Counted from the whole stretch's first letter, positions 1 through 14,934 are shown. The stretch is 61,646 nt of DNA, filler included, from Rhabdomonas costata (GCA_019059605.1; 21 parts of 21 records of this genome joined end to end with filler, not necessarily neighbours in it); one strand, 5' to 3'. Translations and numbers: made by a program. The notes: generated by a model not told the origin, from the letters alone.

Positions 1-628
1 GTGTTGGGGTGTGTTTGGTTGGTTTGGTTTTAACTGTACATCATGTTACTTCATTGAAAACAAAAGTTGGAAGGCAAAGTAGGAACGGAAGACTACGCGT
101 GGATGGCAAAAGGCACCGTGAGAAATGCTGGACTCATCCTCGCGTGAAAGTATGCCCCACTGCGCCACATCTGCATGGGAAGAAGCAAGGACAGCAGAGA
201 AGGGTTCGCTCGTGGTACAATCAGAACGCGGGGCGCAAACAAAAACAATCTAGTAACGCAAATATGGAGGCCGCACATAGCAGAGAGTTGGCTGTAAATA
301 GTGGGGACGGTTGGGGGGGTATAGCAGAGACATGCGACCAGACACAACTCGAGAGGGAATAAGACAGAGAGATAAATAGCAAATATTGTCCGCGTCATCT
401 CAAAAAGGCACAACCTAAAAAAATCGCCATATAAATCAGGCATCTTCGGAGTTAGGTGAAATAACTGGTATTTACCTGGGGGTGATTTTGCCTCTTTCTT
501 TTTCGGCCTGCCCTTTGTGCGTCTACCCCTACCTCTTGAGATGACTTGTGAGATGACGCGGACCATATAAAATTATTAGATTAGAATGGAAGCAACAGGG
601 ACCGGGAGTGGGGGGAGGGGATCCCTAC

Positions 629-1830
629 CTTCGATGCAGCCGGCAAGCATGCGGGTAGGGGCAGCCTTGCAGGAAGACGGTTGCTGAAGCGCAATAATCT
701 GCGGAACGGAGGTAGGTCAGGTACCCTCCAAACTCAAACCAAAGGTCAGGAATGATGCACACCTGCGACAGGCAACGTGCAGGTCACCGCTCCTCCCCAC
801 AAAAGAATATTCTGGGCTTGTCGAAGAGTTTCCCCGTGCTGAACACGGGGGCGAAAGGGACTATAAAAATGGATATTTCTAGCTCATGGTGGGCCCTCCC
901 CTCTCCCTCAATACATATTCTCAACAACTTTCGCTGGGGGGTGATCAACTGGAACCCCCCATTTCAACACTCACAACCAGTCAACGGCCTTTGCAACTTG
1001 TCCAAAGGTCCAAAGGAAAAAGAAGCCCTTCAAATGGACAAGCCGATCCGAGTCAATAATTCAATGCAAGCAAAAAGCGGCCATTCGTCTTATATTTTTA
1101 ATATTTTCTGAAATATATGAAACTACCGGAGTAATTATGAAGCAGAATTACAAGGCGGATGCCGGCAAGATAAAAGAACACACTAGCGCATAGTTGCATC
1201 GTTGCAGAATTTTTACAACTGAATAGAATACTCGCAACTCCACCTGAACGTTGAACTCATGAAGGCTGGAAATGGCCTTGCGGTCGTGCCCACAGCCCTG
1301 GTACAAGAAGATCCGATGAAGCCAACGCCGCGACGGAAGGGCCTCTGCTACAAAGCGGGGAAGCCACGACCCCACGTCCTCGTGGCACATTGACACCACA
1401 ATGTCCACCGTGAAAGGGCCGCCGCATTTTTCGGCGCTCTCCCTGAATCCTGCCATGCAAACCTGGGAGGGTGTCCTTCGGCCTGAGCGGCAATGCCCTG
1501 GAAGCGCCGAGTCGTTCGCATGAAAGCGAGTCATCATCTGCGAGGGTGCAACTGCTGGCAAGACAGCGGCCGCGTGCGGAAGGGAAGGGAAAAAGGTACC
1601 AGTGGAAATAAAAATAAACCACAGCACCCTCCAAAGGAAACCAAACATTGCACAAAAAAACCTGAACCCAAAATGGGAAGTAAAGTGACCCATGGAAGTG
1701 CTGACAACAAGAGTATCCCAATCCATTGATATGTATACATGCTTAAATGCCCGTAATTTACTGCTTAATACATGCTGTATTATGTTACGAGCGATGCGAG
1801 CACCACGAAAACCGAAGTGTGCGGTCTCAT
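629..1830 (-). CDS. Secreted DUF3431-like protein, 5' exons (partial)
   Basis: GT-AG exons 1830-1789, 1462-1244 and 762-629 splice in phase: MRPHTSVFVVLASL-VCMAG...VDIVVSMCHEDVGSWL...EFGGYLTYLRSADYCASATVFLQGCPYPH. This resembles the DUF3431 motifs IVVARYxEDxxW and ExxxYLxxI...xFLQGxP. Family assigned from recalled motifs only. Confidence 0.55.
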
Positions 1831-2457
1831 ATCGGCGAAGTTGGGGAAATGGCACATAAATATCTCCAAGCGGGAAAACGAGCAATACAAGACATACATG
1901 GCACACGACCAGTGGACCCGAGAAATTGGGGGAAATTGGACACTTAAAGACGCAGGATCAGCACAGACGAGGCGACATACTTTCCACAAATGATAATAAG
2001 TGTCCCATCTTATGCTTCTAAGAATCTACATGCTCGCAAGTTTGGACAGCACGAGCAAATAAAAGAACACATGTGTTATATTACAAGGGATCCAGGTATT
2101 ATGCGGGATCTATCTCTCAAGTTCCACATTTGACTCTAAAGGTTTCTCCTTCCATTTTCCCTCGAGAAGTGTCTGCCTACAAGATAAAAATCTACTTCCC
2201 GATACTCAACAAACACCTCAGGCATACATAGATTTGCCCCGAAAGCTGCAAATGGAGAGTGGGAAGGACGACCCCAGCTGTTTGTATGCATAATTTCGGC
2301 AATGCACATGACAGAAATGTTGAGCAGTGATTAAGGCACCCAACAAACGGCAGCAGGAGAGTGCAGAAGTCTCTCGCTCAGTGATATTTCCACAGACACG
2401 GAAAAATCCCCAACCTCGTTGGGGGTTCCAGTCTTTCGCTCTAGCGGCATAATCTGC

Positions 2458-2769
2458 TCATCCCGAGTGACGGTGGCGGTGCTTCGCAATGGCATACGCC
2501 ACACCGCCTGCCGTGTTTAGAGCGATCCCGAGCAGCCCCGTGGCATTGATGTTCACCTTGCCAAACAAGAAGAACCCCAGGATGGTCGTGACCAGGGCTT
2601 TGACCTGGCCCACAACAACGGTGGTCAGCGCCGAGTTGGAGGTCGTGCAGTGCAGCAGAGAGAAGTTTAGCAAACTTCCCATCGTCAGGCAGGCAGCCAG
2701 GCACACCAAGAACACGGGATCTTCATAGTAAGAGTACGCTCGAAGCATAGGAACTTCAAAGCACAGAAC
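2458..2769 (-). CDS. Nucleotide-sugar transporter (SLC35D/TPT family), last exon
   Basis: TTTTAG acceptor, then LNFSLLHCTTSNSALTTVVVGQVKALVTTILGFFLFG...GLLGIALNTAGGVAYA, the typical C-terminal helices of SLC35D-type transporters. Confidence 0.85.
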   Translation of the reverse strand, partial: VLCFEVPMLRAYSYYEDPVFLVCLAACLTMGSLLNFSLLHCTTSNSALTTVVVGQVKALVTTILGFFLFGKVNINATGLLGIALNTAGGVAYAIAKHRHRHSG

Positions 2770-2844
2770 CTAAAACAGAGCAGGGAGCAACGCCAAATGT
2801 CGCAAGGACCAACAACCTTCACTCTCGAATTACACCCCACAAAC

Positions 2845-2944
2845 NNNNNNNNNNNNNNNNNNNNNNNNNNNNNNNNNNNNNNNNNNNNTTAATTAATTAA
2901 NNNNNNNNNNNNNNNNNNNNNNNNNNNNNNNNNNNNNNNNNNNN
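2845..2944. other. Artificial contig-joining spacer (first of 20)
   Basis: 44 N + TTAATTAATTAA (stops in all six frames) + 44 N. The 12-mer recurs at 5833, 8776, 11718, 14655, 17597, 20533, 23474, 26414, 29354, 32294, 35233, 38173, 41112, 44051, 46989, 49928, 52866, 55816 and 58754. Confidence 0.99.
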
Positions 2945-3667
2945 GGGTTGTTGGGTGCTGGGTCGGGGTTCGGAGGTGGATGTGAATTAGCGGCGCGACA
3001 CAAGGGCAATTGTATCGCTTTGCATCGGTGTGTATGGTGCTGTTGGGGGGGGGGGAACGGTTACCAGCCGAAAACCCATAAAGAAATTATCTTTTTATTT
3101 TTAAACATACAACAGTTGAAGGTATCGGACGCAACCACTCGAAATGACTATGTTTTATTATATGAGGGGTTTACCTGGGCCTGTGTTTCCTGTTTTTTGG
3201 TGCTTTCTAATCACTAACCTACCACAAATCTGGTGCTTTCTAAGCACTAACCTATGGCTGGCATTCGGGCGGACGAGTAGGACCGCATTAGTGATTATCG
3301 GCATTCCCCAGCACGTTAAATTTGGATGTATTCATGGTTTCATGGAGCGTTCTTTTGAATGTCACAAGACACCAGGCCTGCTTCGGCTAAAGGATGGATT
3401 TATCCATTGTTATGTTCTAGCCCCGTTGCAATGCCTTTCCGGGGTTCGGTGCTCGGAGTTTGGAGTGTCTTTATTTGTACATTTGGCTTGTCTAGTACTT
3501 GATAATAAGCCGGAGAGTGTTTTCGGGGACTGCAACCCCGCCTGCCCTTTGCTTCTATGGGGTATGCTTTTTCTCCGTGCACAAGCGTGGTAAATTTTTG
3601 AATTGCGGCCAAGGCGATTGCTGAGACAATGTAAGCGAGTGGTTGGGATGTGGGGTTGCGCGTGCAG

Positions 3668-5671
3668 CCGGAGGGACGATCGACAAGTTCATCGGGGACA
3701 GCATCATGTGCTTCTGGTAACTTCCCGCCCCACATCCCCCCTCATTTCCTCCGAAGATTCGCAACTGGGAAGAAGAACGCTTTCAATGCTGCGCTTGACA
3801 TATATTTTGTACCGCTTTGTGTGAATTTGATGATGATTGTGTGCTAGGTTGACGCTTACCTATTTTGCTGCAAAGGTTAACTGTGCTGTGTAGTACTCCG
3901 CGTTGATTGTGTATGTGTGTATGGTCATCTCCAAAGTAAGAGACCCGAACTTTCTTCTTGCGTGTTTGAGCCTGCGCCTTCGGAGCTTGAAACCGATGCA
4001 GGACCACATCGAATCACTGACCAGAGGTATGGAATAGCAGGACGGGACCTTTCGGACAAGTTTGCCACTGCGCAAGTTTAACTTGTCCCTCTCCAAAACC
4101 ACCGTTGCAGCGAACCTATCGGCACATATCAGTCTGCGAGTCATGTTTGAAATGTTTCCCGTCAGGAATGCGCCGGACAGGGTGGCCGAGTCCAGCTGGT
4201 GCGCCGTGGACGCTGCAGTACGATGCCAGCACCGGCTGGCTCTGCTACGGCAGGGCTGGGCTAGCGCTGGGCTGCCCGCCCTGCGTTGCCGAATCGGCCT
4301 GCACTGCGGAACTGTTCTCGTGGGGAACTTCGGCTGCGTGGAGAAGATGGACTACACTATCATCGGTTTCCATGACTTTTATGCTGTTTTGGGGTGCATT
4401 TCCTGGACCGCGTTTCTTTCCTTTGATGTTTCGCAGCCATGCCTTTTTTTTTGCAAGGCGTACGCGTTTTTAATGCAAGCCTCCTTGCCGTTCTTTTTTT
4501 TACGCGCGTTTAAAGGGTATGTTGTGATTCTTCCACCCACTTTCGTTGATTTTTCTGACCAGGTACTTCGAGAACGAGAGAGGACCCAGGGCTTTTTTTG
4601 TACCGCTCTTGGGGTTGTGACGATCTTTGGGGAATTCCGTCCGTTATGGATAACGGGCACAGGACGGTGCGTTTCGATGATATTCCCCTGTGTCGTGGTG
4701 CTGCAGTGATGAGGTGTTGGAGTGAACGAGTTCCCGGAGCGTTGAAGAAGTTTTGTTGCAGCATCGAAAGGATGGATGTAATGGAGTGGTATTGGGAAAG
4801 CTCAGTAGAAAGACTCCCTGTCCCCGACTGTTCTTTTCCCCAATATCTTTTCCGTTTCCCCTCTCTTTCAACCGCAAAAATGCATCACTTCTTGTTTCTT
4901 CGGTTTGTTCTTTTCGTGTGTAAAACTATCTGAGACACATTTCCTACCATCCAATGTTTTCTTGCAGATTTACAAGAGCGACGACGTCTCTTCGGGGTTT
5001 GTGTGCCGGCTGCTTGGCCGGGTAGCGGTGAAGGGCAAGACCCAGGGCGTGGATGTGTACGAGGTACTGGGGACGGCAGAGGAGGTGGACCCCGAGGAGG
5101 CTTCTGCTGCGGAGGTGTACACGAGCGCGGTGTGGTCCTTCCTGAACCGGGACTTCGGGCTCGCGCTGTCCTCCCTTGCGGAGTATGCTTTGGGAATAGG
5201 GGCGTGTTGTCTCGTGGGTAATTCCCTGTGTGTTGCCTTGTTGTTGTTGTTTTGCGCTGTGTGTAAAATCGGTAAATCTGTGCGTCAGTGCGTCAGTGGC
5301 AGGCCTCAAGCAGACAGTAGCTTGTTGTAATGGCTAAACTATTTCGACAGAGCTCCGTGGCCATCCGCCGAAGACGTCCACCCCAAACGTCAATTTTGCT
5401 GCCGCTTAATGCATGGCTAACTCCGCAGTCACAGCAGACACAGAATAACGCTGGAGTGACTGACCTCCGCCTCCGTTGGAAGCAATTAAAAACCACATAA
5501 GGCTTTGCCACTTTGCCAGGAAGGAGGGGTCAGGTCGGGGGCCCCCTTCATCCGAAGGTACTCTCGTGGAGGCACAGCTGCGCGGGACCTCCGCGCGTTG
5601 TGCCAGCGTATCTCCGTGACCCTCCTACGGTGGAGTGGGACGGGGTGGAGGTTCTTCACGAGAAGTTCTAA
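3668..5671 (+). CDS. Class III adenylate/guanylate cyclase, bacterial-type catalytic region (partial; one exon not found, one frameshift)
   Basis: Exons 3668-3716 (GGTIDKFIGDSIMCFW), 4166-4365 (NAP...RIGLHCGTVLVGNFG...DYTIIG), 4968-5182 (RLLGRVAVKGKTQGVDVYEV) and 5558-5671 (ends PPTVEWDGVEVLHEKF-stop after a -1 shift at ~5608). All borders are GT-AG. Confidence 0.9.
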
Positions 5672-6483
5672 GGCTGGTTTTGCTTGGAAGCCGTCGCGCA
5701 CTAGCCCAAACTTAGCAGGTCGCGTTGGTGCAACTTTTGGGATCGCCGGTTTGTATGGTTTTCCATCACCCCTTCTTTTTTAACAACCNNNNNNNNNNNN
5801 NNNNNNNNNNNNNNNNNNNNNNNNNNNNNNNNTTAATTAATTAANNNNNNNNNNNNNNNNNNNNNNNNNNNNNNNNNNNNNNNNNNNNAGTTGGTGGCCC
5901 CGCGCCGTCCACCATCAGCTTGGTGTGCGCTGATGGGGCGATGTGCCGGGAGTTGGACCAGACCCGGCGCGAGCTGGGTACTTTTTCCCCTTTGCCCTTT
6001 GTGATCCCCCTTCAACTTGACCTTGTTCTAATGTTCATTTTATCTTTCTGCAGGATGGCACTTCCCCAACCGTGGATATCATACGAACCACGAAGTTTTT
6101 CGTGTTTTGGTGAAGTCACTCTTCGATCTCGGGAGCACGGGGGTCATTTTTTGACCGTGACGGTGTCAAACCTCTCCTGAACTGGGTGACTCAGCTCTTC
6201 GTGGACATCAACGCTCCGGCCTTGCGAATGCCGTCATACACCCGCGGCTGCAATATTTAGGGGAATAGTTCGGGATCGGGCACGCCCACTTTATTCACAC
6301 TGGAACTGTATGGTGACGGATGGGGCTTTTTGCGCGCAGAAAAGCTCCGTATGGAGCTTCTTGAGTCGCGCCAACAGAGCCGGGCTAGTTGTGACACCCC
6401 GACCAGCACACCTGCAGCATCTGCGATACAACCCCCGGCGACTTCTGATGCGGGAGAGGGCCATGCAGATCCATCGGCCATGG

Positions 6484-8702
6484 CTGCAGCGAGGCCTCTG
6501 CGCGGCCTTGGCGCTGCAGTTCTCCGTCACGGCAACCCGCTTTGGGGTGTACGCCCTGGGAAAGCGAGGGCTTGGTGTGCACATATGTGCGTTTGTCTGT
6601 TTGCGTGTTCTCAAAAACAAACAAGCGGCTGTGCTGTGCAGGTTCGGTGGGGAAGTGGTGGTCAGCCCTTGCCATTAGTGTCTGCGATTTCGTATGGGGC
6701 TCGCTGACGAGCAAGAATGAGATGGATAAGGCTTCCAGGAAGATTGTTCCCAATGATGGAAGTAGTGGGGTGATTGAAGTGGCTGGATCTATAAAGGGCC
6801 CTCATGAGCACTCCTTTTCGAAGCAGTTGCTTGAAAAGGAAAACCGACCTGCGCGACTGGGGCTGGAGTGAGCGAAGCTCAGACCAAACTGATTGTGTTG
6901 TCCTTTAGTGGTTTTTTATTTTGAATCTTCTTCGCAAAAGTGCCAGTTCAGAAGAACGGTTGGAGGAATTCCCTGGGTGCGAATTTGGCTCGGGGGGGGG
7001 GTATTTGTCCCATCGTCCTACTGATCGTCATCTTCCTGCGTGTCTACACAGCCTCGAACCCAAGCTCTGCCCAGACCCACGCATCGCGGCTGGTGCTGGC
7101 GATGGCCGCGGGTGCCTGCGGGGCGGTGTGCGGGTGTCCGTTCTTCAGCTTAAAGACCCAGTTCCAGGCCCAGAGCTCGGACCCTGCACTGGCTGTGGGG
7201 TACCAGCACGGCTACAACAACCTGCGCTCCGCCATCGCCTCCACGTACCGCAATGATGGTGTGCGCCTGGAGTCACACGGGGTTGACACGGTTGGAAGAA
7301 CATGCAGCTTCTACACTTGTTGGTGTCATTGAAAGGATATCTTTTATATCGAGTGTATAGAACGTTTTTACGTCTTTTTATAGAACGTTTGATTTGTACA
7401 CACAAGTACAATGCAGTCTGAAAGGATGTGTGTGTGTGTCTTAAAGCCTTTCATTCTTATGCCCCTTCCCCTTGCGGTTCTTTTCTGCCCCCTCTTCTTG
7501 CGCCCTTTTACACAGCCATTTCTAGACACTGGGTTGATTCCCTTTGTCCCGTGTGCTCTCCACTATCATTCGGCCTGCTCCCCACGTCACTCGCACTTAC
7601 AAACAATACAGTGTGCAAAGACCTTGAGCCAGGTTCAACACCTCATCACATTGTTCGCGCCATTTAATAGTTGAATAGGAGGGTGGATAATTCGTCTGTG
7701 CGTCTGTCAATCCGCATCTGATCTGAGACCTCGTCCCTTGTGCTTGCGCGCTCAGGCCTGCTGGGGTTCTGGAGGGGCCTGAGTGCGTTTCTGCCCCGCG
7801 TGGTGGCCTTCAGTGGGGTTCAGCTGACGACGTATGATGCCGCCAAGGCTGTGTGGTCGCGAGCCCTTGGCCTTCCTGAGGGGGTCCGGCTGCACCTCCT
7901 GTCCAGCGTGGTGGCAGCCATTCTGGCGGTGACGGCCATGCAACCGTTTGACTTCGTCGCGGCCCGTCTAATGAACCAGAAGGTAATTTGAATTCGATTG
8001 ATTGAGAGCAACGGAAGATCAAACAATGACGTGAAGACTCAACATACAGATCCCCAGACCTCCGCAGAGGTAGGCAACAACCACAAAACCCCAATCGATA
8101 GGTCGAGAAAGCCAAGGGCTTTCATTTTGTCGATGGTGATGGGAGATTTCCTTGCCTCGCGAGATCTGCCTTTCGCATAGCCGTCTGCAAATATTCACAA
8201 CCACGCCCATACCTGCGATTTTGCGATTCTGTATATTCTAACTGTTGTGTATTTGGCACCGCGAAGGAGGCAACCACATCTCACCAACCCGAACTATTAC
8301 ATTACTGGGGCTTTCTAAATTAACAGAGCAAATCACTCAGCAACTTGGCTCCGCAGGTAAAGCTCCCACTTCAGCGATGGAGGACCTTCACTTTTCGGCA
8401 GTCAGTTTCCGGGGCGTTACAATTATTCTACGGCAGCATCCCATCCCGTGCATTTTTTCACACTTGGTCGGATGAGCAGCGCCTTTTCTGCGCCTCCGCA
8501 GACCGTGGGGGGCGTTCCTACTCTGTATCGTGGCCCCATGGAGTGCCTGGCCAAGGTGGTGGCCACGGAGGGCCCCGCGGCGCTGTACAAGGGAGCCTCC
8601 GCGAACTACTGCCGGATGTGCCCGTACACCGTGCTGACATTCGTGTTCTATGAGCAGCTCAAGCTGCTCTACGCCGCCTCCGCGGGCGCCATGTACGCCT
8701 GA
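6484..8702 (+). CDS. Mitochondrial carrier (SLC25; OAC1/SLC25A34-35-like), 3' four exons
   Basis: Exons ~6484-6574, 7052-7258, 7756-7982 and 8502-8702 splice in phase. Carrier motifs PFFSLKTQFQ, PFDFVAARLMNQ, EGPAALYKG and RMCPYTVLTFVFYEQL. The AVGYQHGY motif is typical of the OAC1-like subfamily. Confidence 0.9.
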
Positions 8703-9539
8703 CACAATGCCTGCACATATTGCATATTGACNNNNNNNNNNNNNNNNNNNNNNNNNNNNNNNNNNNNNNNNNNNNTTAATTAATTAANNNNNNNNNNNNN
8801 NNNNNNNNNNNNNNNNNNNNNNNNNNNNNNNTGTGGGGGGGGTACAAGGGAAGGAAAACATTATACGCACGCTGCTCCAGATGCTGGCTTTGCGTTTTGC
8901 TTTCCACTGACCAGAGGAAAAGCAGATCGAAAATGGCCCTTGCAAACTTAAGGCCAGAAAAATAAGGAAACGGCAGTGGAGAGTGAGAAACCACAGGGGT
9001 CGACAGCGGCCGACTCGTGCAGCTTGAAGGTGGAGCCATCCTCGACCACAGCCTGGCCAGGATGCCCCAAGAGAGCGAATAGAACCTCCCGGAACAGAGC
9101 GGCGGTGCGTCCCCCCATTACGGTCACCCCCCTCCCAACACACTACTCTAGAGTCTAACGACCAGGGCTTGGAAAAGCAACTACCACAGCCACCGACAAG
9201 GCTGCAAAAAAACACGCTGAGATAACAGGAAAGGGATGATGAGATAAATAAAGAACCTCAAGGAAATGGAACGTCAAAAACAGCGGGCAACTGGAGTGGT
9301 TCACGGTGATTTCTGCGGCACAAAACTTAGACAGAGTTACTCTTGGGGGCAGTCCGTTATTGGTTGTGCGGCACGGAGTCTCACCACGGACGGTAGGTTT
9401 TAATGCATCCAAACACCCAAAAGATCAACAGGTTCGTACGGAGAACTGAACTCCGAATGGACAAACCAGCATTTAACGAGCCGGGATTACGGAAGCGAGG
9501 TAGAAAAGGTAGGTAGAAGCCCTCCGGGCACCAGGTTTA

Positions 9540-11080
9540 TGAGTAAACTACTGGGGGAAGAGCTTGAAGGCGGACATGAACAGCATAGCATCGAAAAGCC
9601 TGGGGAACTGCTGCCATTGGGTCCACCCAACGCAAGAAAGCGCATGCCGTGCTTTCTCCCCTCAAGGAAGACAAACTGCAGATGTCACGGAGGTGACCAG
9701 CTGGTCCACCACTTCTACTGATGCATTCCGATTTTAAATTGAAGGACCGAACTACAAACTAATACGAGAGACCGCTCAAGCGCCAGGAGCACAAGAGACT
9801 GCATCTGGGGGCACGGGGTGACAAGAGAAGTGCCGATGCCATTGCACTTTCATTGCACTGTCAGCCCTTCCCTTACGGGGGAAACCTACTCAGATAATCG
9901 GCGACATTGAGCCGAGGCTCTGAGGCATAGTCCTTGCAGAAGGAACCGTGGTACGGGGAGTTGGGAGGCGGCGCGACAGGCCGCTTGGTGCCCATGAACT
10001 CAGGATCCCGGAGGAGCTCCCATAGAAGGGTCAAGTACATCCCGCGCGCTGTATTGTGATCGGTAGGGTTTCCCCCCAAACCACAAGACACAAACTAAAC
10101 AGCGGTGGAAATTCAGGGAAAGCCGTGCTGCGCGGAGCATCTGGGAATCTCCTCCTTTCTCCAAGGTGCTTTTTCAATGTCCCCAACATAGGACCCTCGT
10201 GTTCTTTTGTTGTTTCGATTCTCTACTGCTCACACTTTGCCATACACTTTTTCTTTTATGATAGTATTCCACAGCTTCTGTAAATTATTGTTGGTTTTTT
10301 AAATGGTGTGCCCCTGTTTCATCTTGCTCAATCCTGCTACAACTACCATGAGATCATTTTCTTCCGTCCAGTCCGCCCCACTGGGAATTGTATCTAACTC
10401 TGCCACACGGAGATACTGAGTTTCCGAAAAATATGAGGCCGTTCTTCAGTCCCGCTGGCAGCAACAATATGTCCTGTCCCCCCACATACACTTTGTATTT
10501 GGGCCGTTCAACAGTTGGACCACTGGTCGTAGAAGAGACCGCGTTTACGGCATTAGATTTTTTCCGAGCGCATTGGAGCATTGCTTTGGTAAAGTCAGCG
10601 TTAAGGAGCTGCGTTGAAGGCCAATTCAAATAAAAATTTCACCGCAAAGGACGGACCCACACATCCACACACACCATAAACTTGGTGCACTTGGCCAAGG
10701 TAATTTTTTTGGGAATGACTCGAGGCCACTTCCACCCACCCATCCACCCAACCAGCCACACGGAAAACACAGCTCCTAAAAATATCGAACAGTGCCCTCA
10801 GTACGCTTCAAAAACAAAGCATGAAATAGGGATGCGTACGTAGCAGTCATGTTCCTTCCTTGAGGCGAAGCATGACGGAGAAAGTAACGCTGAGAGACAA
10901 ACTTGTGGAGTCTCCAATGATGCTGATCTCCTTCACTTCCTCCAGCGGCCGGGAGGAGTTGGTGTGGGGGCCCTGCAGGCAGCACCGCAGCAGGGGCTTG
11001 TACAGCCTCCGCCACAGAAGGGAGTGGCACACAAAGGAGGGGTGGATGCAGTCGTAGTGCTCGCAGCAGGGCAGCATGGA
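9540..11080 (-). CDS. Uncharacterised multi-exon protein fragment (possible SGNH/PC-esterase-like fold)
   Basis: Coding-like exon blocks including ISIIGDSTS and GGNPTDHNTARGMYLTLLWELL with GT donors. The fold call rests on two short motifs, and exon borders are approximate. Confidence 0.3.
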
Positions 11081-12231
11081 GAACCCAAACCCAGGAAGAA
11101 CTCCCAGGTTGGGAATTGTGCGAACCCTGTGTTGTAATACAAGCACTGTAGCCCCAAATCCCAAAATATATCCCGAAACATGACCCCTCTTTAGGAAATA
11201 GAAAAGCACCCAGAGTTTTGGGTCCGAAAATACCTTATGGGAGAAGTGCATTGCCTCTCACCAACAAGTCTGGACATAACCGCATTTGTCTCGACACCTG
11301 TTTGGCGGTTAAGCTGCTCTTGAGCAGCGAGCCTGTGTGACAAAGGAATGATGCCGGTGTGGCCCTCCCCACTGTCTTTCACAGGTAATAATGCTGGAGA
11401 TGCCCCATGCTCCAGTATAATGCTAAGTGCAATGCAGCTCAACAGGTCGGTAATGGATGGGTGGCGTGGTGAGTTGATGCAGCTCACGAAATGCTCCACC
11501 GTAGTTTCTGAGTCAAACCAACCCACACTCGCTGATTCCGCAAAATACTGAATGCTCAAATAGAAAAGCCGAGGCTGGAATGAGCCCAAATGGGTCCATG
11601 GTAGGGACCCGAGTCCATGACAGGCCCCTGCCCCAGTAGGCCCGGTAATAATAAGAAAATACAAACCACAACCNNNNNNNNNNNNNNNNNNNNNNNNNNN
11701 NNNNNNNNNNNNNNNNNTTAATTAATTAANNNNNNNNNNNNNNNNNNNNNNNNNNNNNNNNNNNNNNNNNNNNGGGTTTTTGGGCACATCCGCTGGTCAC
11801 CTGGTAAATAGGAGTGGTGAGGAGGCGGTATAGGTGATGACAATCCCAAGTGAATGTTACCTCTCGTCCCCAGCATCGTTCACCGTCAATGTCAAGTGAC
11901 AAACCACATTTTACCCAACTTCCCCTCATGGATGTTGAGACAAAAACTGCGCACATACCGTACACCCATGTCAACGTTGACTTTTCTGGGAATGGGGGCG
12001 AGATCGAAGAGCCATGAGACGCTATTTAAGGTGCACTAGTTTTGCCTTTTTTTTATTATATGTTTATCATTCTATGGTCGTGTGGGGGGGTGTTCCTTCG
12101 GGAGACTTTAAAAACGACCTTGGGAAGGTCATGGTGTAAGAAAGAGTTTTAGACAGGACTTCCTTTGGTTCAAAAAGAAGCCCAGACCCAGACCCGCACC
12201 AAGGTGTGCCCAGAAAGTTTGTTGAAATTGA

Positions 12232-13559
<1,328 letters not shown>

Positions 13560-14934
13560 AGTCAGTGGGGAAGTGATGGTGTGAGTCCGGAGGGCTCTGC
13601 CGCGAACTGGCCCGTTGCCTTGGCAATGAACCTAGTGTTTGCTTTGTTCCGTGCTCGAAAAAGGGGAAATAAGAATATGAGGATTAAGACGAACGCAAGA
13701 CAACTTTGTGCACCCCCACAACGAAAACGTAAGAAGGGTAGCACTCCGAATGCACCCGAGAACCGGTGGCAGTGAGTAGGGGTGTTGGAGGGGATTGCTG
13801 TTTGCGTGTGCATATGCTTTCTCGCAAAGAAAGTGAGAGATGACGGGAGCGATGTGGGGATTCTTCTTTGTTTATTTTTGTTCAAGAGCCTTCATCCATG
13901 ACGGCTTAGAACAACTACAAGGGGAAGAAGAAGCGCGTGAGCAGAGTGGCTGCTCCCTTTTGGAAAACGTTACCGCACATCTCTTTGCTTACGTTTTCGG
14001 CAACAGGTGCGGGAAACGCTTTTGTTGTTCGAAAATCTGGCTGAGGGTTGAGTGGGGGGGAACCTTCCTCATGGGCTTGCTAGCACCCAGATTGCCGAAT
14101 GTTGTGCAAACTGGCTTCTGCTGCTTCACGTGAACTCACTTAGGAAAGGCACCGATTACCAAATTGCCAATGGTGGTCGAAACGCAATGTATTGCTGCTG
14201 CTGCGCCAGGAAAAGAAGCGGCACAAGGTAAAAATGGAAGAGATACCGGGTGGGCACCTGCCTGAGGGTGCAACGCAGGGTGCTACGCAGCGTTACGGGA
14301 CGCCCACTCCACATTGAAAAATCTCCGGACCTGCTTCGGCTTTGCCCTCTCACGATTATACTATACGAATGGGACATGTCTCCGGCACCACCTGGCATAT
14401 GATCTGTGGACCCACCCCCTTAGATCATATATCAATGAGTACAACCCAACGACGGCATATTGCAAAGTACTGAAACTGTCTCTTTTCAGATTATGCAAAA
14501 AAACTTCCATCTGCACAATAAAAAATCATTCGCTCGTTTGCGCTTCCTTTCCATCTTTCCATCGCCAACCATTCTTTGATGCGAACAAAACAAGCATCTG
14601 CCCCAAACAANNNNNNNNNNNNNNNNNNNNNNNNNNNNNNNNNNNNNNNNNNNNTTAATTAATTAANNNNNNNNNNNNNNNNNNNNNNNNNNNNNNNNNN
14701 NNNNNNNNNNTTAGGGTGCAGCAAGACCTTCTGATATGCTGGAAGAGGCTAGTACCTCTTCCGAGGCTTCGGGGGTAATAGTAATGGGATGCCGTGCAGG
14801 TGCGCTGACGCAAGAAAACGCGGAACAGAGTACCCACGAAACGAGCAGCATGTGTGAGGAGTGAGGACAAAAAACAAGCCTCTGAGAATGTGGCACCCGA
14901 TGGAGGGGATCTTGGGGGCAAAATGGGGGCACAT

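Noticed and set aside
2889..2900. Regularly spaced identical TTAATTAATTAA repeats (CRISPR-like periodicity, PacI sites)
   Set aside because: Embedded in N runs; an artificial six-frame-stop linker between contigs.
14711..14716. TTAGGG at a contig start as a telomere
   Set aside because: Single unit only, and contig ends are generally G/T-biased by amplification primers.
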